64,000 nt of DNA, taken from the NCBI GenBank assembly GCA_965223005.1, contig CBDCVK010000008.1:128001-192000 (forward strand). Reading direction: 5' to 3'. This stretch comes from Terriglobia bacterium (lineage in GTDB: Bacteria; Acidobacteriota; Terriglobia; JAJPHL01; JAPKYU01). A model generated the notes under the pieces. The model saw only the letters and a list, made by a program, of their open reading frames with translations, had not been told where the DNA came from and made no database searches. Both the position numbers and the translations under genes were made by a program. Below are positions 20,088-29,348 of this stretch, in pieces. Numbering within the stretch: the stretch's first letter is position 1; every line of letters begins with the position of its first letter.

Positions 20088-20552
20088 ATGAGATACGTAG
20101 CGACTTTTGCAATGGTAGTTTCACTGTGCTGGCCCGCAACCGGCTTGCTCCAGGCGCAAGTTGCTCAAGTTGCCGAGGGCAAAATAATTGCTCGTGCACA
20201 GCGAACCCCCGCTTTTGAGCTGGATTCGGCATTACCGAAACAGCGCTTTGACCATTGGTTCCGGAAGCTGGTTGGCTCCAAGGCTGAGATTTGGTGGGAA
20301 GCCAACGACTGTGGTGAGCAGACGGGCAGTCCAACCGATCGCGGTCGGGACTTGCCGCATTGCGCAGAAGCAATTGCCGTCTTATCGGATGGTCGCAAGG
20401 TGGCTGTCTTAATCGGAGTAGGCACGGTGAAGAAAGGAATCACTGGCAAGCCGGTTGTGCGATTTGTTTCCATCGAGCAAGGGGGGCGGATTCACCGGGT
20501 CCGACGGCTCGGCGATCTTCCAGAGAAGCTTCGCGCGCAACCAAAGAAATAG
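20088..20552 (+). CDS. Exported hypothetical protein
   Basis: ATG at 20088 gives the signal peptide MRYVATFAMVVSLCWPATGLLQA; fills the gap between the symporter and murQ; two Cys in the mature region. Confidence 0.7.
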   Translation: MRYVATFAMVVSLCWPATGLLQAQVAQVAEGKIIARAQRTPAFELDSALPKQRFDHWFRKLVGSKAEIWWEANDCGEQTGSPTDRGRDLPHCAEAIAVLSDGRKVAVLIGVGTVKKGITGKPVVRFVSIEQGGRIHRVRRLGDLPEKLRAQPKK

Positions 20553-20554
20553 GC

Positions 20555-21508
20555 ATGGCTAAGCGAAAGACTGCCGGGCTGGCCCGTCTGGTCACCGAGC
20601 AGCGGAACCCGCGATCGGTCCAGATTGACCGCGCCCAAACGGTCAGAATTCTGAAGATCATCAACCGCGAAGACGCTCGGGTGCCGGCGACCGTGGCGAG
20701 GGAAATTCCGGCCATCGCCAGGGCGGTGGACGTGGTCGTAGAGCGGCTGCGGCGTGGTGGGCGGCTTTTCTACGCGGGGGCGGGGACCAGCGGGCGCCTG
20801 GGTGTGCTGGACGCTTCCGAGTGCGCCCCCACGTTCAACACGCCTCCCACGATGGTGCAGGGAGTGATGTGCGGTGGTGTGCGGGCGCTCTACCGCGCCA
20901 CAGAGGCCAGCGAGGACTCCCCGGCGCTGGGCCGAAGCGACCTGGTCAGGAAGCGGCTGGGTACGCGCGATGTGGTGGTGGGCCTGACTGCCAGCGGCCG
21001 CACTCCCTACGCGCTCGGCGCGCTGCGCTACGCGCGGGCTCGCCGAGCCGCCACCATCGCGGTCACATGCAACCCTGATGCGGAAGTGGCGGGCCTGGCA
21101 CAAATCACCATTGCGCCGGTGGTTGGTCCCGAGGTCATTGCCGGTTCCACCCGCCTGAAGGCCGGCACGGCGCAGAAGCTCGTGCTGAACATGATCTCCA
21201 CCGCGGCCATGGTGCGGCTGGGGCACGTCTATGGCAACTTCATGGTGAACGTTCACCTGAAGAACCGGAAACTACGTGAACGTGGTTACACGATTCTGCG
21301 GAGCGTGCTCGGACTGGACCACGGTACGGCCGTCCGCGCGTTGCGCCGCGCGGGCGGCGACTTGAAGGCAGCCATCTTGATGCACCGTAAGGGGCTGGGT
21401 CGCGCCGCCGCCCAGCGACTGTTGCATCGCCATCAAGGCAACTTGACCGTCGCCCTGGAAAGCGACACATCGGGACGGCTGACGAGACAAACGAAAAAGC
21501 AGGGGTAA
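20555..21508 (+). CDS. murQ: N-acetylmuramic acid 6-phosphate etherase
   Basis: TEQRNPRS; GAGTSGRLGVLDASECAPTF; VVGPEVIAGSTRLKAGTAQKLVLNMIST; true start taken as ATG 20555. Confidence 0.96.
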   Translation: MAKRKTAGLARLVTEQRNPRSVQIDRAQTVRILKIINREDARVPATVAREIPAIARAVDVVVERLRRGGRLFYAGAGTSGRLGVLDASECAPTFNTPPTMVQGVMCGGVRALYRATEASEDSPALGRSDLVRKRLGTRDVVVGLTASGRTPYALGALRYARARRAATIAVTCNPDAEVAGLAQITIAPVVGPEVIAGSTRLKAGTAQKLVLNMISTAAMVRLGHVYGNFMVNVHLKNRKLRERGYTILRSVLGLDHGTAVRALRRAGGDLKAAILMHRKGLGRAAAQRLLHRHQGNLTVALESDTSGRLTRQTKKQG

Positions 21509-21569
21509 TTGTGGGGGCAGACCTCGGGTCTGTCCAGATTGGCCGCCTCCTTCGCGCATAGATAAACCT

Positions 21570-22733
21570 ATGAAGCTGGCGATTCAAGCCGGAACTGTGC
21601 TGACTCCTGAGGAGGAAATCCCGCAGGGCACGGTGCTGGTGGAGGACGACCGAATCGTGGCCGTGGGGCGGGAAATCCACGTCCCGCCTGACGCGCGCCG
21701 TCTTGAAGCTCCCGACACCACCTGCGTGCCAGGCTTCATTGACGTGCACGTGCACGGTGCGGGCGGTCACGACCTGATGGAAGGCACTCCCGAGGCAGTG
21801 GCCGCCGTCGGTCGCACGCTGGCCGCACACGGTACAACTTCGTATTTCCCCACCACGCTGACGGCTCCGATGCCGCGGACGCTGGCCGCTCTGGAATGCC
21901 TCGGCGATCTCGTTCGCCGCATGGAAGGCCTGCCCTCCGAGCTCGTCGCCCAACCGCTGGGCATCCACATGGAGGGGCCATTCCTCAACGCTTTGCGGAA
22001 AGGGGTGCACCCCGCCCAGCACATGCTGGCGCCGAGGAACGAACTTTTTGAGGATTTCTACCAGGCTTCCGGGGGTGCTCTGCGAATCCTCACTCTGGCT
22101 CCGGAGGTGGACGGCGCCGAGGCGATGATGCCCCACGTTTTGGAACGCGGCGTGCTAGTAGGTATGGGGCACACCGACGCGAACTTTGAGCAGGCCGAGC
22201 GGGCTGTCGAGCTAGGCGTGCGCCATGTCGTCCACATGTTCAACGCGATGCGGCCGTTTGCGCACCGCGACCCGGGCGTAGTCGCGGCGACGCTGCTTGA
22301 CGACCGCCTGAGCGCTGAGCTGATCGCCGACGGTGTCCACGTCTCGGAGCCGGCCATCCGACTGCTGCTGCACGCTAAAGGACCCGGCGGCGTCCTGTTG
22401 GTCACAGACGGGCTGGCAGCGGTGGGCATGCCGGAGGGCACCTACCGGCTGGGCGAGTGCGAGTTCACCGTCCGAGGTCCGGAGGCCCGCAGCCGCGATG
22501 GCGTGCTGGCCGGCAGCGTCCTCACTCTCGACGGCGCCGTGCGCAACATGGTGCGGTTCACTGGGCTGCCGTTGAGGGAAGTGGTAAAGATGGCGACGCT
22601 GAACCAGGCTCGACTGCTGGGCCTGGCGAGGAAGGGGCGCATCGCCGCCGGTGCGGACGCGGACCTGGTGCTGCTAACCGGCAGCCTGGAAGTGGCCGTG
22701 GTCTGCGCCCGGGGTGTACTGCAGCAGTTTTGA
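21570..22733 (+). CDS. nagA: N-acetylglucosamine-6-phosphate deacetylase
   Basis: PGFIDVHVHG; GIHMEGPF; TLAPE; GHTDA; HMFNAM; IADGVH; LAGSVLTLD. Confidence 0.96.
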   Translation: MKLAIQAGTVLTPEEEIPQGTVLVEDDRIVAVGREIHVPPDARRLEAPDTTCVPGFIDVHVHGAGGHDLMEGTPEAVAAVGRTLAAHGTTSYFPTTLTAPMPRTLAALECLGDLVRRMEGLPSELVAQPLGIHMEGPFLNALRKGVHPAQHMLAPRNELFEDFYQASGGALRILTLAPEVDGAEAMMPHVLERGVLVGMGHTDANFEQAERAVELGVRHVVHMFNAMRPFAHRDPGVVAATLLDDRLSAELIADGVHVSEPAIRLLLHAKGPGGVLLVTDGLAAVGMPEGTYRLGECEFTVRGPEARSRDGVLAGSVLTLDGAVRNMVRFTGLPLREVVKMATLNQARLLGLARKGRIAAGADADLVLLTGSLEVAVVCARGVLQQF

Positions 22734-22747
22734 CCGGCTTGTAAATA

Positions 22748-24019
22748 ATGGACAAATTCCTCATTTCCGGTGGAGTGCCCCTGGAAGGCCAGCTCACCGT
22801 CAGCGGCGCGAAAAACGCCGCACTGCCCGCCCTGGCGGCCGCTCTGCTGACCGACAAGCCGGTTGTGCTGGCCAACCTTCCGCGAGTCCGTGACATCCAG
22901 ACCATGGCGCGACTGCTGACCAGCCTCGGGGCCGAGGTCAGTTTCGGCAACGAGCCGCAGCGAGACAAAGTGACCGTTCAGGCCTGTCAGGTCGCCAGTA
23001 AAGAAGCGCCGTACGAGCTGGTGAAGACGATGCGCGCCTCGGTCCTCGTCTTGGGACCGCTGTGCGCACGCTTTGGCTATGCGCGCGTCTCGCTCCCTGG
23101 CGGCTGCGCCATTGGCGCGCGCCCTATTAACCTGCACTTGAAAGGCCTGGAGAAGCTCGGTGCCCACATTCATCAGGAGCATGGCTACGTGGAGGCTCAG
23201 GCGGCGAATGGGTTGAAGGGGGCGCACATCCGCTTCGACCGCATCACCGTCACCGGCACCGAAAACCTGATGATGGCCGCGGCGCTGGCTCAGGGCGAGA
23301 CAGTTCTGGAAAACGCGGCCCGCGAGCCAGAAGTGACTGACCTGGCCGATTTGCTCCGCAAAATGGGCGTTCGCATTGAAGGCGCCGGTACCCCCACCAT
23401 CCGCGTGCAGGGTGTGGGCAAGCTGCACGGCGCAGAGCACACCGTCATCGCCGACCGGATCGAGGCCGGAACGTTTCTGGTGGCGGGTGCCATCACCGGC
23501 GGGCACCTGCGGCTGGAGGGCTGCGCGCCCGCGCACCTCACGGCGGTGATCGCCAAGCTGGGGGAGGCCGGTGTGGAAATTTCCGAGCCCGGCGCGTCGG
23601 CGCTCGAGGTGCGGGCGCCGCGCCCACTTTCCGCGGTGGACGTGGCGACCGAAGAGTATCCGTGCCTGCCCACCGACATGCAGGCCCAACTGATGGCCCT
23701 GATGACCCAGGCCGAAGGCACTTCGGTGATTACCGAAACCATCTTCGAGAACCGATTCCTGCACGCGCTGGAGTTGGCGCGAATGGGCGCACAGATCAAG
23801 GTGGAAGGGAACCGCGCGGTGGTGCGGGGGAAATCGGCGCTAAGCGGGACGTCAGTCCTTGCCAGCGACCTGCGCGCCAGCGCCTCGCTGGTGCTGGCCG
23901 GGCTGGTAGCCCAGGGGGAAACGGTGGTGGACCGCGTTTACCACATTGACCGCGGCTACCAGCACATCGAGGAGAAGCTGGGCTCCGTCGGCGCCCGCAT
24001 CAAGCGCCTCTCGCCCTGA
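22748..24019 (+). CDS. murA: UDP-N-acetylglucosamine 1-carboxyvinyltransferase
   Basis: SGAKNAALP; [11 protein letters not shown]; [11 protein letters not shown] (active-site Cys); AREPEV; DLRASASLV; HIDRGY. Confidence 0.98.
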   Translation: MDKFLISGGVPLEGQLTVSGAKNAALPALAAALLTDKPVVLANLPRVRDIQTMARLLTSLGAEVSFGNEPQRDKVTVQACQVASKEAPYELVKTMRASVLVLGPLCARFGYARVSLPGGCAIGARPINLHLKGLEKLGAHIHQEHGYVEAQAANGLKGAHIRFDRITVTGTENLMMAAALAQGETVLENAAREPEVTDLADLLRKMGVRIEGAGTPTIRVQGVGKLHGAEHTVIADRIEAGTFLVAGAITGGHLRLEGCAPAHLTAVIAKLGEAGVEISEPGASALEVRAPRPLSAVDVATEEYPCLPTDMQAQLMALMTQAEGTSVITETIFENRFLHALELARMGAQIKVEGNRAVVRGKSALSGTSVLASDLRASASLVLAGLVAQGETVVDRVYHIDRGYQHIEEKLGSVGARIKRLSP

Positions 24020-24104
24020 TAGCTGAACCTAGCCACCCCAGATGCTGTAAAAGGCGGCCAGGTAGAAGACTCGGCGGTGGAGTGGCCGCCTCCACATCAT
24101 GTAA

Positions 24105-24749
24105 TCATGACTCCAAGTCCTCAGTTTCCATAGAGCCCTCGTAGGCGATCAGCAGGCCAGCCAAAGGGAAGTCGACACGCACGGCGACCTGCACGGTTGC
24201 CGAATTTTTCGCCGAAGCACGGGCGGCTATCTGGGGTGCCAGCCAGCGAGGCAACGGCACGGCCAGGCCGCCGAGACAAAGGGCAACCCCGACCTGGTGT
24301 AAACAAAGCGCGTCATCAATAACGCAGAGCCTGAACCGAAACTCCAGGTTTCGGAAGCGCTCAGCCAGCACTCCAACAGGGCTCTCGCGCTGGCGAGTAA
24401 CCATCTGTGTGCCGGCAAAATCCCGGCGCCAGGTTTCCCTCTCCGAATCGGTGGTGATCTCCAAGCGAGTGGAGACAGCTTCACCCGCAGCGGGCAGCTT
24501 CTCCAGCCATGCCAGAAATCGCGCCAGCCGCCGCTCCCCGCGACGCACGCGGAACAGACCTACTCGCGCTACGCTGCCTTGCGCGGAGTGCAACCTGCGC
24601 ACAGGCGCCGCCAGCTCTTTCCAGGCGGTTCCCAGCAACCGGGGATACAGCCCTGTGGAGTGTGTTGCTGTGGCCGTCTGGCTGAATGAGGGCTCTGCTG
24701 CCATGCCTGGGCCTGCTACACCATACGTACAATCCGCCCGTGTCACCAT
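24105..24749 (-). CDS. DUF4166-like protein (start uncertain)
   Basis: LYPRLLGTAWKELAAPVRRLH; ETWRRDF; VPLPRWLAP; PLAGLLIAYEG pattern typical of DUF4166. Confidence 0.75.
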   Translation of the reverse strand: MVTRADCTYGVAGPGMAAEPSFSQTATATHSTGLYPRLLGTAWKELAAPVRRLHSAQGSVARVGLFRVRRGERRLARFLAWLEKLPAAGEAVSTRLEITTDSERETWRRDFAGTQMVTRQRESPVGVLAERFRNLEFRFRLCVIDDALCLHQVGVALCLGGLAVPLPRWLAPQIAARASAKNSATVQVAVRVDFPLAGLLIAYEGSMETEDLES

Positions 24750-24896
24750 AGTCTAAACCGGGAGCGACTGCGGGCTTAGATGTTCTGCTTAACAGTCTTC
24801 GTGTATAAACGCGTGTGCGGGAATCTGGCGCAGAGGTCCGCCGCTCAAGGGAAAGCGCTTTGGACCGGCCCAATGGGTTGGTAAATTCACCAAGAG

Positions 24897-25610
24897 ATGA
24901 ATCAATTTGCAAATTGGCGCATCGTGCTGGTGCGGCCGCGCAATCCGCTCAACATTGGCGCGGCGGCGCGGGCCATGGCCAACTTCGGCTTCCGCGACCT
25001 GGTTTTGGTGGAGCCCTACGAGCCGGTGTGGCAGGAGGCGCGCTCGGCTGTAGGGGCAAGAGCGCTGCTGGCTTCCGCGCGCGTTGTAGCCACGCTGGCC
25101 GAGGCGCTAGCAGACCGCAGCCTGGTGGTCGGCACCACTTCGGGTAGCCGGCGCAAGCTCGACAGCGATCTGCTGCCCCTGCCGACGCTGCCGGCCCGCG
25201 CCGCCGATGCTGCCAAAGCGGCTCTGCTGTTCGGACCTGAAAAAACTGGACTGACCAACGAACACCTCAGCTTCTGCCACCTCCTAGTGCAGATTCCCAC
25301 CGCGGCCGCATCTCCTTCAATGAACCTGGCGCAGGCGGTGGCAGTCTGCTGCTACGAGCTGAGCCGGACGCCGGCATCCGCGCAGGCCCGGCGGGCTAGG
25401 GAACGAGCGGCGGCGGGACAGGTGGAGCAGTTGCGCGGGGAGTTGGAAGAGGTCTTGCGGGCGGCTGGCTTTTATCCCTCCACGGCGCGTCTCAGTGACA
25501 CTCAGAAGCTCCGCCGGCTGCTGCTGCGGCTCAATCTGGGTGACCGTGACCTGACCACTTTGCGCGGGATGGTGGCCCAGCTCCGCTGGAAACTCCGCCT
25601 GAAAACGTAA
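24897..25610 (+). CDS. trmJ: SPOUT RNA methyltransferase, TrmJ/LasT family
   Basis: IVLVRPRNPLNIGAAARAMANFG; LLFGPEKTGLTNE; SMNLAQAV. Confidence 0.85.
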   Translation: MNQFANWRIVLVRPRNPLNIGAAARAMANFGFRDLVLVEPYEPVWQEARSAVGARALLASARVVATLAEALADRSLVVGTTSGSRRKLDSDLLPLPTLPARAADAAKAALLFGPEKTGLTNEHLSFCHLLVQIPTAAASPSMNLAQAVAVCCYELSRTPASAQARRARERAAAGQVEQLRGELEEVLRAAGFYPSTARLSDTQKLRRLLLRLNLGDRDLTTLRGMVAQLRWKLRLKT

Positions 25611-25670
25611 CGTACGGCTGCGACTTCCTTGTATGCGGCTCGGACGTGGTAATCTTCCGCGAGAGAAGCT

Positions 25671-26387
25671 ATGGCTGTCTTGCGCGTGGGCACTTCCGGC
25701 TACTCTTACAAAGAGTGGCGGGGAAGTTTTTACCCTGAAAAGCTCCCCGACAAACAGATGCTCGGGTATTACAGCCAGCGCCTGTCCACTGTCGAAATCA
25801 ATTACACCTTCTACCGGCTGCCAAGCGCCAGGACCCTGGAAGGATGGGTGCCGCAAACGCCGGATGGTTTTTTGTTCGCGCTGAAGGCGACTCAGAGAAT
25901 CACCCACGTGCTGCGCCTGCGCAACGCCGAAACCATCGTGGAAGCGTTCTTAACGGGAGCGGCACCATTGGCCGCTGCCGGACGTCTGGGTCCGCTGCTG
26001 CTGCAACTGCCACCCCAGTTTCGCGCCGATCCAGCCGTGCTGAAGGACTTTCTGACGGTGCTGCCAGAGCGACCAGTGTTGCGCTGGGCCATGGAGTTCC
26101 GCCATCCGTCGTGGTTTGATGACACCACTCTGCAACTACTCGAGGAGCGCGGAGTGGCGCTGTGTGTAGCCGAGACCGACGAGCGCTCGACTCCGGACCA
26201 AAGGACCGCGCCCTTTGCCTACTTCCGGCTGCGTAAGACCGACTACAGCCCGGCGGAGCTACGCGCCTGGCGCGAGCGGTTTGAGGCGCTTCAGGCACAG
26301 GGTTGCGACGTCTATGTCTATTTCAAGCATGAAGCCGGCGGCGCGGCACCGCGTTTCGCTGCTCAGCTGCTTGAGAAAACTACGTAA
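25671..26387 (+). CDS. DUF72 domain protein
   Basis: VGTSGYSYKEWRGSFYP; TVEINYTFYR; LLQLPP; EFRHPSW; YVYFKH. Confidence 0.93.
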   Translation: MAVLRVGTSGYSYKEWRGSFYPEKLPDKQMLGYYSQRLSTVEINYTFYRLPSARTLEGWVPQTPDGFLFALKATQRITHVLRLRNAETIVEAFLTGAAPLAAAGRLGPLLLQLPPQFRADPAVLKDFLTVLPERPVLRWAMEFRHPSWFDDTTLQLLEERGVALCVAETDERSTPDQRTAPFAYFRLRKTDYSPAELRAWRERFEALQAQGCDVYVYFKHEAGGAAPRFAAQLLEKTT

Positions 26388-26500
26388 GGCGATCCGCTGC
26401 GAGGGACAGAGCCACGCTGCAGAGTACAACGTTGTTGGATTACGACTAAGGTGTTGTTTAAGGGCTCACTGCTTGGCGAGGCAGCCTGCGGTGCCCCTTC

Positions 26501-26519
26501 CTCCCGCCGCCGGCGGGAG
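26501..26519 (-). promoter_or_regulatory. Candidate bacterial SECIS hairpin
   Basis: Minus strand CTCCCGCC-GGC-GGCGGGAG, an 8-bp stem starting 15 nt after the in-frame TGA; loop starts with G; no U-tract. Confidence 0.5.
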
Positions 26520-26533
26520 TGTGACTAGCGAAC

Positions 26534-26749
26534 TCAAGTGAAACGGCCGCCGGGGGAAGCTCCACAATTACCCATCCCGGCCGCCTCCGACCGGCAAGTG
26601 CTGCTCGCCACCGCGAAGGTGGAGAAAACCTGCTGGGTCGTGGTGCTATCGCACTGCGGGCAGGGCACAGCCAGATCGCTGTCGTGCCGCAACACCAACT
26701 TCTCGAACTTCTCCCCGCAATCTGGGCACGAGAATTCGTAAATGGGCAT
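26534..26749 (-). CDS. FmdB family zinc-ribbon protein (possible Sec read-through to 26525)
   Basis: MPIYEFSCPDCG...CPQCDS; ATG at 26749 with upstream AAGAGG; ends GGRFT-TGA. Confidence 0.9.
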   Translation of the reverse strand: MPIYEFSCPDCGEKFEKLVLRHDSDLAVPCPQCDSTTTQQVFSTFAVASSTCRSEAAGMGNCGASPGGRFT

Positions 26750-26931
26750 CCGCCTCTTAAATATAGCACTGTTCTCGGCAAGATGCTGACACTCGAGGAA
26801 GTTTTCCAGCATCCTGCTAGAAGACCGGTAGGACCTGTAGTACTGGAGTACCAGCGCAAAACGGGACCAACGGTCTATTGCCGTCTCAGGGGAGTGCATC
26901 TACTGTATAGCTAAGTTAAATTTAGCTGGCA

Positions 26932-26993
26932 ACAGCCAACCAGGCCGCCGTTCCGGGGGGAGTCGGAGGACCTGGTTGGCTGTAGTATTTTTT
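26932..26993. repeat. 13-bp inverted repeat with 26-nt loop, followed by a T-tract on the + strand
   Basis: ACAGCCAACCAGG (26932-26944) / CCTGGTTGGCTGT (26971-26983), then AGTATTTTTT. Confidence 0.6.
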
Positions 26994-27038
26994 GGAGGCC
27001 CGCGTCGGCTGCTCCTTCCTTCCACCCGATCGTAGCTA

Positions 27039-29027
<1,989 letters not shown>

Positions 29028-29194
29028 AGAGGGTGCTGTCGCTTCGCTCAGCAGGCCGGGCTTGGAAATGGAGCCAGCCGTCCCGCTGCTCTGTCCAAAC
29101 CCGCCAGCCCCCAATTATATCCGACAGGGTTTGCGCCGTCCGTAGTGAGGAGCGCCGTGAGCAGCAGCGATCCGTGCCGCTCCCGGGCCTCCTT

Positions 29195-29278
29195 TATGGG
29201 AAGTTCCGAAACAGGTATGGGAAATTCCGAAACTGGTATGGGAATTTCCGGAACTAGTATGGGAAATTCTGAAACCGG
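29195..29278. repeat. Tandem array of four 21-bp units (TATGGGAAxTTCCGAAACxGG)
   Basis: Units start at 29195, 29216, 29237 and 29258, no spacers, in the divergent intergenic region between uvrB and the TPR-GAF gene. Confidence 0.9.
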
Positions 29279-29348
29279 CGCGGTTGTGATTTCCGGGTGT
29301 TTTCATTAGAATCGTTCGCACCCACTGAGCCTGTTTCTCGCGGGGACC

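Noticed and set aside
29195-29278. 21-bp repeats as a CRISPR array
   Set aside because: Units are contiguous with no spacers, and no cas genes are in the window.
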